Origin: Ruminococcus gauvreauii
GTDB lineage: Bacteria; Bacillota; Clostridia; Lachnospirales; Lachnospiraceae
Assembly (NCBI RefSeq): GCF_025151995.1
Contig: NZ_CP102290.1
Span: 1,419,571-1,483,570 of the forward strand
Direction: 5' to 3'
Length of the DNA: 64,000 nucleotides
Below are positions 19,031 through 27,388 of this stretch, one piece after another; position 1 is the stretch's first letter, and every line of letters starts with the position of its first letter. The position numbers were made by a program, and so were the translations under genes. The notes beneath the pieces were generated by a model. That model did not search any database. It worked only from the letters and a program-made list of their open reading frames with translations, and had not been told where the DNA came from.

Positions 19031-19413
19031 TTATGCCGCCTGGCTTACAATACTCTGTGCAATCTCCTTCGCCCTGACACCGGAAACCCGTTCCCTGTTC
19101 TGCGCATCATTCAGATAGACTGCAAAATATACATTTCGATCACCCCGCTCTTCAAACCCCACAAACCAGGCTTGCTGCAGAGTCAGATGACCGTTCCAGT
19201 CCGCTGACGGATACTGTGTGCCGTCATGTCATAGTTCATTGTTGAATTTTCATCTTCTATCACATGATTTTTCAGCCCCATCAGTGCTGAAATGATCTTA
19301 AACGTAGAGCAGGGGGACACTTGCTTCTCACACATTTCCCGATTATACACTTCAAATTCATCCTGTTCTCCCACACTATCATGTTCCATATAAACCTTCA
19401 TTACCGTTAACAT
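19031..19413 (-). pseudogene. Remnant of a BlaR1/MecR1-type (class D beta-lactamase-like) penicillin-sensor domain; frameshifted and internally deleted
   Basis: ORF 19183-19413 encodes EVYNREMCEKQVSPCSTFKIISALMGLKNHVIEDENSTMNYD (STFK active-site motif). A second frame from 19228 down to 19031 encodes DGTQYPSADWNGHLTLQQAWFVGFEERGDRNVYFAVYLND (BlaR1 W-x-G and C-terminal box). The frames are joined by a tandem 5-nt duplication GTCATGTCAT at plus 19223-19232. About 130 aa carrying the SxV, YGN and KTG motifs are absent. Confidence 0.6.
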
Positions 19414-19446
19414 AAACAGTATACCAGAAAGCCTCCGGATGTCCTA

Positions 19447-19716
19447 TCACTTTTCCGTCCTGTCCGGACGAATATTCAGCAGATAATTCTTAGCCGCAGC
19501 GGCATCCGCAAATTGTATGTTTTTTCCTGACAAATAATATACCGTATCATTCCACTCTCTGAGAGGATACACCGTCTCCTCCAGGTCTGCAATATATTTC
19601 TGTGCCGCCTGCCTCCACGGGCTGTATTTGAGATCGGATAAATATGGGCTTCCAACCGAAGCCCACAGATCATCCAGCAGCTTTTTCTCCTTCATCATAT
19701 TATCCCCCACAGTCAA
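19447..19716 (-). CDS. Hypothetical protein fragment (possibly a frameshifted continuation of the 19700-20200 ORF)
   Basis: Overlaps the upstream ORF by 17 nt in another frame. No recognisable domain. Confidence 0.3.
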   Translation of the reverse strand: MTVGDNMMKEKKLLDDLWASVGSPYLSDLKYSPWRQAAQKYIADLEETVYPLREWNDTVYYLSGKNIQFADAAAAKNYLLNIRPDRTEK

Positions 19717-20200
19717 AATCCTGTTTTCCCCGTATTAAGCCATCAATAATATGCAGTAATTCGAGAGCACTGCGGTAATAAATTCTGTCCTTATATTTTC
19801 TTGCCAGTATAAAACCCTGCCAGCTGTAATTCTGCCAGTATAATGTGTGTATATAGATAACAGGATCACCGCTCACCTGAAGATCATGGGAATACTGCCA
19901 TACATCCACGCCCTTTTTCCGATCTTCCGCCGATTTCAAAACACTTTTCTGCCATTTTTGTGCTGTGACATTTCCGCGCAGCTTATTCGAATCCGTCCTC
20001 ATTCCAAGCAAATCATAGATTTGTTCTATCTTCAACAGCATATCCCCATAGTTTGAAAAAGAAATTTCGTCCGGAATATGTATATTTGAGATTATTCCTT
20101 CAATATTAGTTCCATCCGGCTTACGAAATCTAACAACTACCATAGCATCTGCTGCACTGTACATGTCACACTTGTCCGGTACTATATTTTCTCTTAACAT
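19700..20200 (-). CDS. Hypothetical protein (166 aa)
   Basis: Six-frame ORF only. Lies upstream of, and co-oriented with, the BlaR-like remnant. Confidence 0.35.
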   Translation of the reverse strand: MLRENIVPDKCDMYSAADAMVVVRFRKPDGTNIEGIISNIHIPDEISFSNYGDMLLKIEQIYDLLGMRTDSNKLRGNVTAQKWQKSVLKSAEDRKKGVDVWQYSHDLQVSGDPVIYIHTLYWQNYSWQGFILARKYKDRIYYRSALELLHIIDGLIRGKQDFDCGG

Positions 20201-20272
20201 TCATTGCCTCCCACACATATTTTTGAGGGTATTTGCGATATACTATGTTTACTAACAGCTGCAGAAGATTTT

Positions 20273-20301
20273 CGCAATATGATTTATATTGCGCAAAACA
20301 C
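20273..20301. repeat. Left 29-bp inverted repeat CGCAATATGATTTATATTGCGCAAAACAC with internal palindromic core CGCAATAT-gattt-ATATTGCG
   Basis: Seen directly. Its reverse complement occurs at 21645-21673 with 28/29 identity. Confidence 0.85.
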
Positions 20302-20469
20302 CCGAAATGTAATAATTTTAATAAAAATGTACCATCAAAAAGGCAGTTTGTCAACTTAAGCAACTGGCCTTAAGGTCCTTCCGAACCTCAGAAGTCGAAT
20401 ATCAGAGGACTGCGGAGGAAGGATTTTTAAGCCGTCAGATAAGCCGTCATAAAAAAGGAGGAATTTGAA

Positions 20470-21582
20470 ATGCCGAGAAAAGGTGAAAACATTTATCTGA
20501 GAAAAGATGGGCGATGGGAAGGGCGTTATATCAAAGGGCGCAGACCGGACGGAAAGCCGGTGTTTGGCTCTATCTATGGGAAACAGTATGGACAGGTAAA
20601 AAAACGCCTTGTCTTAATTAAATCGGAGATTTATCAGGATCACTCTTCTCTGTCGGTCTACGGCAACGGCAGTTTTTCTGACTGGGCAGAATTCTGGCTG
20701 GAAGTATACGTTCGTCCTCATATCAAGCCGGGGACATACGCAGGATACAGGCGCAGTCTTGACAATCACATCAATCCCGCGATTGGTAAGCTGAAAATTT
20801 CCGGGATTACACCAGAGCAAATACAGGATGCAGTCTTACGTCTGAAGGAGCAGCTGGCGCCGAGTACGCTGCATGGCGTCTGCAGGCTGATGAAAGCGGT
20901 TTTAGCTGCGGCATGCCAGAAAGGTCTGATCTCCGGCAGTCCGTATCAGAATATCAAAATACCGAAGACCGGTATTCGTTCGCCGCGTGTCCTGAACCGC
21001 AAAGAGCAGAAACGACTGGAAAAAAAGCTTCTTGAGACGGGGGAGCTGGAATATCTGCTGGGGCTCTACACGGGACTTCGGGTGGGGGAGATCTGTGCGC
21101 TCAGGTGGGAGGATATCGATCTGGAAAATGGCTGCCTCTGTGTAAAACATTCGATACAGAGGATTCCGACTGAATACGGCAGACGCAGGACGAGGCTTGT
21201 TCTGGGCAGTCCAAAATCTGAACATTCTGTCCGGGAGATTCCGCTTCCGCGTTTTCTGATTGCCATACTCGGGGAAAGACGGCAGGAGGAAGACGCAAAA
21301 GCCTGTGATTTTTTGTTCACGGGATTGCATGGGAGTTACCGGGATACCCGTACCATGCAGCTCAGGCTCGCAAGGATCTGCGAGGAACTGAAGATCCGGG
21401 GTGTTCATATGCATACACTCCGGCATACTTTCGCAACCCGCTGCCTGGAAAATAATATTGGACATGAGGTTCTCTGCGAAGTGCTCGGACACTCGTCACC
21501 CCAGATTACCCTGAGACATTATTCACATTGTACGCCTGAGCGGATAAGACAGAGCATGGAGCGCATGGAACCTGCTCTTTAA
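20470..21582 (+). CDS. Tyrosine-type site-specific recombinase/integrase (Tn916-Int-like N-terminal arm-binding domain)
   Basis: N-terminal IYLRKDGRWEGRY arm-DNA-binding motif. Catalytic region LRHTFATR (HxxR) and LGHSSPQITLRHYSH (nucleophile Tyr). RBS AAAGGAGG 7 nt upstream. Confidence 0.9.
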   Translation: MPRKGENIYLRKDGRWEGRYIKGRRPDGKPVFGSIYGKQYGQVKKRLVLIKSEIYQDHSSLSVYGNGSFSDWAEFWLEVYVRPHIKPGTYAGYRRSLDNHINPAIGKLKISGITPEQIQDAVLRLKEQLAPSTLHGVCRLMKAVLAAACQKGLISGSPYQNIKIPKTGIRSPRVLNRKEQKRLEKKLLETGELEYLLGLYTGLRVGEICALRWEDIDLENGCLCVKHSIQRIPTEYGRRRTRLVLGSPKSEHSVREIPLPRFLIAILGERRQEEDAKACDFLFTGLHGSYRDTRTMQLRLARICEELKIRGVHMHTLRHTFATRCLENNIGHEVLCEVLGHSSPQITLRHYSHCTPERIRQSMERMEPAL

Positions 21583-21644
21583 AAATAAGCCGTCAATAGT
21601 GGTCCGGTCATATTTGGAAAAAGGCTTAATATATGGGTGAATCT

Positions 21645-21673
21645 GTGTTTTGCGCAATATAAATCATATTGTG
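21645..21673. repeat. Right 29-bp inverted repeat GTGTTTTGCGCAATATAAATCATATTGTG, reverse complement of the left repeat with 1 mismatch
   Basis: Seen directly. Located 62 bp after the recombinase stop codon. Confidence 0.85.
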
Positions 21674-21704
21674 AAATAAATTTTTAATATGCCAAGATAT
21701 CCGA

Positions 21705-21738
21705 GAACCAAAAGGACCCGGTGGGATATCACGTTCCC
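21705..21738. terminator. Bidirectional terminator hairpin GGACCCGGTGGGA-tatcacgt-TCCCACCGAGTCC
   Basis: 13-bp stem with 1 mismatch and T-rich flanks on both strands. Sits between the recombinase (plus) and the lipoprotein gene (minus). Confidence 0.6.
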
Positions 21739-21783
21739 ACCGAGTCCTTATTATGTTTACCATCTGTTTTTACAATCACCCAT

Positions 21784-22578
21784 TCACCCAGATATATGTT
21801 CCGCCCACCATTCAATCTTATCTCCCAGATCATCCCCCCACTGTTCCCATTTCTGCTCAATTTTCTGTTCATACTCGTCTTCAAGCTCGCACAGACGTTT
21901 TTCCACATCCTCAGAGAAGTGTTCAGAGTCGAAATTACCCATAAACGCATTGGTAAAGGAATCGCTGATATGCACCTTCCATCCGCCATCTTCCTGGTAA
22001 GCCCTGACCGTCACCTCTGCAAAACAGGTTTCCTCAGTCTGGTCCATATACGAAAGGACACCTTCTTTATCATAATCGATGTTGGACAAATCCCCGATCA
22101 TCTGTTTCAGGCCGCTCCCTTCTGCTTTGATCATCCGTTCCAGGATACCGATCATGTAGTAGCCCATGACATCGGACATATCCGTGTTCGTGATCTTCAT
22201 CTTAATTTCCGCCTGATCTCCATCTTTCTGAACATCGCCGATTTCCCAGCTGAGATTCTCCACGATTTTTTCTGCAAACTTTTTATTAGCCCTATATTTC
22301 CTGCCTTTAAACAGCATGGGCTGCTGCAGCTCATGAAACACCCGGTATTCTCTCTCCGTTGGTATGCCGATCCAGTTTGTACAGGTACGAACATAGTTGT
22401 CACTCACCGCATTAAATGTGTCCAGATCTATTGTTTTCAACGCATACATTGCAGTTTCAGCTGCACTTTCCGGTGTCTCAGGCATTTCACCTTTTGTCCT
22501 GTCAGCACACGCGGTCAGACAGAGGCAAACAGACACTATTGCCAGAACTGTTTTGAGAAATCTCCCCATAAATATCAT
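21784..22578 (-). CDS. Hypothetical lipoprotein
   Basis: Signal peptide plus lipobox LTAC, then a soluble acidic domain. No recognised domain. Confidence 0.55.
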   Translation of the reverse strand: MIFMGRFLKTVLAIVSVCLCLTACADRTKGEMPETPESAAETAMYALKTIDLDTFNAVSDNYVRTCTNWIGIPTEREYRVFHELQQPMLFKGRKYRANKKFAEKIVENLSWEIGDVQKDGDQAEIKMKITNTDMSDVMGYYMIGILERMIKAEGSGLKQMIGDLSNIDYDKEGVLSYMDQTEETCFAEVTVRAYQEDGGWKVHISDSFTNAFMGNFDSEHFSEDVEKRLCELEDEYEQKIEQKWEQWGDDLGDKIEWWAEHISG

Positions 22579-22693
22579 CTCCTTTGAACTTTTATATGTT
22601 TCATCCCTTATTCTACTTTAGCCCCATATACCGGGGCAACCAGCGCGGCATAAATCAACGGCCCGGGATCAAAAAAAGACGCCTCCAGGCGTC

Positions 22694-23980
22694 TCATTTT
22701 GCGGCAGGTATCACAGCAGAAAAATAGAACCAGCCGTCCTCACACTGCAGAACACTGCTGCCCCTATGTCTGCTGATAACAGCATCTACATTCTGAAGTC
22801 CGATTCCATGCTCCGCTGATTCTCTTTTCGTGGTCAGAACCTTATTATTTTTAATATCCACCGGCTCTTTCACAGGATTGCGAATCGAGAGAATCAGCTG
22901 CTCTGTCTCCAGCGTCATCTTAAACTGTATCACTCTGCGGCTGTCCAGTTTCTCACAGGCTTCGATGGCATTATCCAGCAGATTCACAAGTATGATCACG
23001 ATGTCCTCTTCACTGAATGCAAGCCCCGACAGGTCGTTGACAAGCAACGTCATCATAATATCCTTTTCCAGTGCATGCTGATACTTCTGATTCAGCACCA
23101 CATTGACAACCGTATTGTTTGTGTTTACATAATCTCCACTCTTATGCAGTCCCCCTGTCAGCTGTGCAATATAGTCAATGCTCTCCTTTGTCTTGCCTTC
23201 GGCCAGAAGCCCCTGGATACAGTTCAGCTGGTTCTTGTAATCATGCAGATACCGCCTCTGCTGTTCGTAGCTCTTCTGCATACTCTGATACATGCTCATT
23301 TGATTCTGCGTGCGCTCCTGCATCAGCCTCATATTCTGCATCTCAGCCTCTTTTTCCAGCAGATTTCCTGTAAAAACCAGTACGGCCGCATTGATTGCTG
23401 CGAATGCCAGCACAACGAGCACACGCATCTTCTGATTAAAAGGATCCTCCTGCCATGTTGCCATCGTCAAAGCCATAATAACAACCATACTGAAAACAGG
23501 GACATACCAATAACGAAGCCATCTGCTCCCATTCAGCCTGTCAAGATTATGACTTCTGTACCAGCCCCTAAAAAACAACAGGAGGCACAGCAGTATCAGA
23601 TCCGTTATCCCTTCAACCATGTCTGCATATTCTGAATACCCGGCTGGCAGCGCATAGAAAACCGCAGCAACCACGGCAGAAAGCACCCAGAATGCCGAAC
23701 ATAACGATACTGACAGCACCAGATTCTGCAGCACGCTGATCTGATAGTATATCTGAGCCACGGTAAAGAACACGACGATCAGGCGGACCGGCTGAAATAC
23801 ATACGGCGGAATTTCCGTAAAGGCAATGGCCATGATGCCGAGTGTAAAAGCAGGTAAGGCGGTATATTTCATCCATCCGTGTCTCCATATCCGTACTGGT
23901 ACCAGGGTCTCAAAGAACAGCCTGCAGCCTGCAGCCAGTATTACTGATAATATAAGACTCTTTATTACCTGTTCGATCAT
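22694..23980 (-). CDS. AgrC-like GHKL-domain sensor histidine kinase (LytTR-system type)
   Basis: About 200-aa polytopic N-terminal domain, then a dimerisation/H-box region and GHKL ATPase motifs (LVNLLDNAIEA; GIGLQN). Start overlaps the response-regulator stop by 4 nt. Confidence 0.75.
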   Translation of the reverse strand: MIEQVIKSLILSVILAAGCRLFFETLVPVRIWRHGWMKYTALPAFTLGIMAIAFTEIPPYVFQPVRLIVVFFTVAQIYYQISVLQNLVLSVSLCSAFWVLSAVVAAVFYALPAGYSEYADMVEGITDLILLCLLLFFRGWYRSHNLDRLNGSRWLRYWYVPVFSMVVIMALTMATWQEDPFNQKMRVLVVLAFAAINAAVLVFTGNLLEKEAEMQNMRLMQERTQNQMSMYQSMQKSYEQQRRYLHDYKNQLNCIQGLLAEGKTKESIDYIAQLTGGLHKSGDYVNTNNTVVNVVLNQKYQHALEKDIMMTLLVNDLSGLAFSEEDIVIILVNLLDNAIEACEKLDSRRVIQFKMTLETEQLILSIRNPVKEPVDIKNNKVLTTKRESAEHGIGLQNVDAVISRHRGSSVLQCEDGWFYFSAVIPAAK

Positions 23981-24690
23981 AATAATCCCCTGTATGCTAC
24001 ATACGCTTCCTTCACTTCCCGGTATCTGAGTCGCGGAACGGGCAGTTCTTCTCCGATATCCAGTGCTATTGTATAGTTGCTGATCTTCCGTATATGTTTC
24101 ATATTCACCAGATAGCTCTTATGTATGCGCAGAAACCCGTACCCGGACAGCTGCTGTTCGATGTGGTCGAGTTTATCATATATCCGGTAGTTCACAATCT
24201 CAGATTCCAGATAAAAGAACACTGACTTATGCCTGTTGCTCTCCACGTAGATTATATTATCCGTGTACAGTTTCTGCACACCTTCCACGAAGGCAAACGA
24301 GACCTGCTGAACCTTCATTTTCTGCAGTATGGCGTCCATACACTCCGGCATTCCCGACTCCAGGGTATCCTTCATGATATAGCGGACCGCATTTACTTTG
24401 TAACCCTCCAGCACGTAATTGATAAATGCCGTCACAAAGACAATATACGTCTCTGAATGAAACTCTCGGATCTGCATCGCAGTTTTAATTCCGTCCATCT
24501 CATCCATGTTGATATCCATAAAGACAATGTCATATTTGACCAGATTCCCGCTTTGGCGCAGAAACTCTTCTCCCGAAGTAAACAGGGTAACGGCAAATTC
24601 TATTCTTCTGCCTCCAAGATACTGTTCGAGCAGTTCCCTGATCCGGTCTCTGTAAAATTTTTCGTCATCACAAACGGCGATCTGCATCAT
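23977..24690 (-). CDS. LytTR-family response regulator (AgrA-like)
   Basis: Receiver domain (IAVCDDEK ... D at VFMDINM) plus C-terminal LytTR DNA-binding domain (FLRIHKSYLVNMKHIRKI). Confidence 0.85.
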   Translation of the reverse strand: MMQIAVCDDEKFYRDRIRELLEQYLGGRRIEFAVTLFTSGEEFLRQSGNLVKYDIVFMDINMDEMDGIKTAMQIREFHSETYIVFVTAFINYVLEGYKVNAVRYIMKDTLESGMPECMDAILQKMKVQQVSFAFVEGVQKLYTDNIIYVESNRHKSVFFYLESEIVNYRIYDKLDHIEQQLSGYGFLRIHKSYLVNMKHIRKISNYTIALDIGEELPVPRLRYREVKEAYVAYRGLL

Positions 24691-24927
24691 AAGTCCGGTT
24701 CCTTTTACACGTAATTCTGGATTTATTATAGCTCACGGACTTCCTGACCGCAATACGTTTCATTTCAGCGTTTTAATCTTTCATGAAGGTTCCCTATGGT
24801 CTCCAGATAGACCAATCTATTTCAAAAAAAGACACCAAAATGCAAAAATAGTCATGAATGTCCTTGAAAATAGGAAGTCCCGACTATATAATTCAGATAG
24901 TTTATCGAGAAAAAAAGGAGAAGATAC

Positions 24928-25128
24928 ATGAAGTGTAAGGTAATCAACGCGTTTCGGGAGGCTCATCACCTTTCCATAGAAGAATTTGCAGAACTGATCG
25001 GCTGCTCCCCAAAATCCGTCTGGAGGTGGGAAAATGGTATATGCACCATCGGTCCCAGGTATCAGCGCAAAGTGGCCAAAATACTTGGGATTTCAATTGA
25101 TGATTTATACGACGAAGAGGAGGACTAA
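24928..25128 (+). CDS. XRE-family helix-turn-helix transcriptional regulator (66 aa)
   Basis: HTH_3-like core LSIEEFAELIGCSPKSVWRWENG. RBS AAAAAGGAG. Stop overlaps the start of the next gene (TAAATG). Confidence 0.7.
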   Translation: MKCKVINAFREAHHLSIEEFAELIGCSPKSVWRWENGICTIGPRYQRKVAKILGISIDDLYDEEED

Positions 25129-25902
25129 ATGCTGATGGAAAACTGGACGGTGTTTAACGCAGTTGAAATGCAGGATAAGTTAGTGCTGCTAAATACGGCA
25201 AATGAAAACTTCAGTTTAAACTATACACTGGAAAAAAATGTAGCGAAGCTGGAGCTGGAGGACTGGATAAAAAAACGATTGTTGAATCTTAAGGCTAAAA
25301 TCGCACTTCCTAAACACAACAATAAGCCAAGAAACCGCATGAACCTTCACATTCCCTCAGCTGAAAATATCGGCGGACTACACAGGATCTGTTATCTCAA
25401 GATTGAAAACGGCAATATCGGGCTTGATGAATACCGCGGCCCGAGAGGCGACCGATTCAGCGGATATTACCGTCTGCTCCTGGACTGTCTGATCAAACAG
25501 GAGATCGTTTCAGATGAGAAACAGGATATCTCGATTGATATCCAACATCTGGACCAGTTTATCGACTGTGTAAACCAGATCTGTGAGGCGTCAGAAAAAG
25601 AGTCCTTTCAGCTCATGGACTCCGGCAGTACATATCCCCGTATCATACAGCGGGTAAACTATGATTTTCCTGTTTTATATTATGCAGAAAAAGACCTTCC
25701 CGCAGCCCCTCCTTCGCAAAAGCCGGAACCCTCTCCGCTTGAACGAATGCAGGAAGATATTCATAGCATTTATGCCGCCTGCGTGAAAGGTGACTGGGAT
25801 GAATTTTCTTATAACATAAAAGAACTGCAGGATATCAGAAAGCAAATTGATGAAGTGCTGGAAATATGCGAGATCCGGAAGCAGTGGATGGATAAGCTTT
25901 GA
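25129..25902 (+). CDS. Hypothetical protein (257 aa), translationally coupled to the upstream HTH
   Basis: Good coding statistics, no recognisable motif. ATG overlaps the stop of the 24928-25128 gene. Confidence 0.5.
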   Translation: MLMENWTVFNAVEMQDKLVLLNTANENFSLNYTLEKNVAKLELEDWIKKRLLNLKAKIALPKHNNKPRNRMNLHIPSAENIGGLHRICYLKIENGNIGLDEYRGPRGDRFSGYYRLLLDCLIKQEIVSDEKQDISIDIQHLDQFIDCVNQICEASEKESFQLMDSGSTYPRIIQRVNYDFPVLYYAEKDLPAAPPSQKPEPSPLERMQEDIHSIYAACVKGDWDEFSYNIKELQDIRKQIDEVLEICEIRKQWMDKL

Positions 25903-25917
25903 TCGCCCGCAGGCGTT

Positions 25918-26463
25918 TCAGTCTTTCACGATTTTTACACTCAACCAGTGTCTTTTAACTTTCACACTATACTTTAACTCATACGTGGGCAGCCCTTTGA
26001 CTATCGCATCATGGATCTCGCTGATTTCTTCTGCAATCTGTTTTTCGTCAGCATACCAGCTTAAAAAAGTCGTGGGCTCCCCCCAGAAAGAGCCCTCTCC
26101 CCTGCTGGCACCAAACAGTGCATATTTGGGCGAACCTTTGCCTGTTCTCATTTTTTGTGAGGCTATCACCCTGCAGCAATTGGCAATTACGTTTTCATGC
26201 GGGGAGGTTATCACTATAGTTCCAGTCACACCAGCATTACCGACACGGTTATCTGCGACGATTTCTGTACCCATCAGGATATCCAGAGAAACATTCAATC
26301 TATTAGACAGCAACAGCAGTTTTTCAGTCTCCGGATACCCCGCACCCTGCTCCCATTTAGAAACTGCCTGTCTGCTGACCTCCAGCAATTCTGCCAGTTC
26401 TTCCTGAGATAACCCCTTTTCTTTTCTGATCTGTTTCAAATTATCTGCAAAACTCATATGCAT
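25918..26463 (-). CDS. XRE-family HTH regulator with a C-terminal domain of unknown function
   Basis: N-terminal LSQEELAELLEVSRQAVSKWEQG HTH. A palindrome GTTGCAT-tt-ATGCAAC lies in its promoter region (26526-26541). Confidence 0.65.
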   Translation of the reverse strand: MHMSFADNLKQIRKEKGLSQEELAELLEVSRQAVSKWEQGAGYPETEKLLLLSNRLNVSLDILMGTEIVADNRVGNAGVTGTIVITSPHENVIANCCRVIASQKMRTGKGSPKYALFGASRGEGSFWGEPTTFLSWYADEKQIAEEISEIHDAIVKGLPTYELKYSVKVKRHWLSVKIVKD

Positions 26464-26645
26464 ACCTCTCTTTCTGTTATCTTATATGCTAATATAAGTC
26501 TTTTATCCATTTCCACCAACCTGTGGTTGCATTTATGCAACTCTGGGTATCATTCAATTGCTTTTCTGAGGACGGATCGTCTTTACAAAGCAGCCCGGAA
26601 AACTGAGACACCCTTCCATACATTCCTGAACCCCGCTGTAACCAA

Positions 26646-26873
26646 TTATCCGGGGATTGCCAGTTTATAACAACAGCCACAGTAGTCAATAACTACAAGC
26701 CGTTTTAATATTCCAATTTGATTGGCAGCTATTGCCGCCCCGTTTTCAGTGTTGCGCAGTGTATCCAGCATATCATCAAGGATCGTATGGATCCTGTCGT
26801 CAACTGCTTTTACCTCTCTGCATTTTTTTCTTAAAACAGCACTGTCATGATAACAAAGATTTCTTATTGCCAT
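26646..26873 (-). pseudogene. def: Peptide deformylase N-terminal fragment (motif 1 only)
   Basis: MAIRNLCYHDSAVLRKKCREVKAVDDRIHTILDDMLDTLRNTENGAAIAANQIGILKRLVVIDY contains PDF motif 1 (GxAIAANQIG) but ends before the EGCLS and HEhDH motifs. Its 5' end overlaps the 3' end of the adjacent HTH gene. Confidence 0.55.
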
Positions 26874-27108
26874 TGCCGCTCCCCCTGCTGCAGTCTGCAC
26901 GCGATCTTCTCTGACTCTCATCAAATAGAAAAATTTCCTCAATAGAACATCCAAACACCTGCGATAAATCATAGGCAATCCAGATAGACGGTTCAAATTT
27001 CTCTGTCTCAATCGCGTTAATGGCCTGTCTTGACGTGCCGATCATTTCTCCCAGCTGCTCCTGGGTCATGCCTCTTTCTTCTCTTAACTCTCGAATCCGG
27101 TTTTTCAT
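26845..27108 (-). CDS. Small Cro/CI-type (XRE) HTH transcriptional regulator
   Basis: MKNRIRELREERGMTQEQLGEMIGTSRQAINAIETEKFEPSIWIAYDLSQVFGCSIEEIF is a typical 65-aa HTH_3 regulator. RBS GGAGGAG. Confidence 0.7.
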   Translation of the reverse strand: MKNRIRELREERGMTQEQLGEMIGTSRQAINAIETEKFEPSIWIAYDLSQVFGCSIEEIFLFDESQRRSRADCSRGSGNGNKKSLLS

Positions 27109-27121
27109 GCTTTCTCCTCCC

Positions 27122-27179
27122 TGTAATGTTGACCTTACATTCAGTATATATCGTCGGCCTTGTAATGTCAACCTTACAT
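27122..27179. promoter_or_regulatory. Two copies of a 20-bp palindromic operator TGTAATGT(T/C)(G/A)ACCTTACATT upstream of the small HTH gene
   Basis: Direct copies at 27122-27141 and 27160-27179, each with internal dyad TGTAA-N8-TTACA. Located 14-70 bp upstream of the 26845-27108 start. Confidence 0.5.
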
Positions 27180-27388
27180 TTTAATCCGCGATTATTTTCA
27201 AAAATTTTTTCACCGCCCTTTTTGTAACTGTCCTGCGTTTCCAGACGTTTTACGAAACACACTTGACTTCTTTAATCTGCGGTAGTATGCTTTTATATAG
27301 TTTACAAAGTATACTATTTACAAAACAGCTGCCTTATACTTTTGTTAAGATGTTCTTATATTAACTTAAAATTGAGAGGATATTCGTT

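Noticed and set aside
19183-19413. Possibility that the STFK-containing ORF is an intact small beta-lactamase
   Set aside because: It is only 76 aa. The SxV/YGN/KTG motifs are absent, and the C-terminal conserved block is in another frame behind a 5-bp duplication. Called a pseudogene instead.
20273-21673. Interpreting the 29-bp inverted repeats as ordinary transcription terminators
   Set aside because: They are 1.37 kb apart and each is only a short internal dyad without a U-tract. Real terminator hairpins are found separately at 18976-19026 and 21705-21738.
21721-22587. 288-aa plus-strand ORF
   Set aside because: Shadow ORF antisense to the lipoprotein gene 21784-22578. Low-complexity composition, no RBS.
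24737-24882. 9-bp inverted repeat GGACTTCCT/AGGAAGTCC as a structural hairpin
   Set aside because: The arms are 125 bp apart, too far for a local hairpin. Kept only as candidate protein-binding motif copies within another finding.
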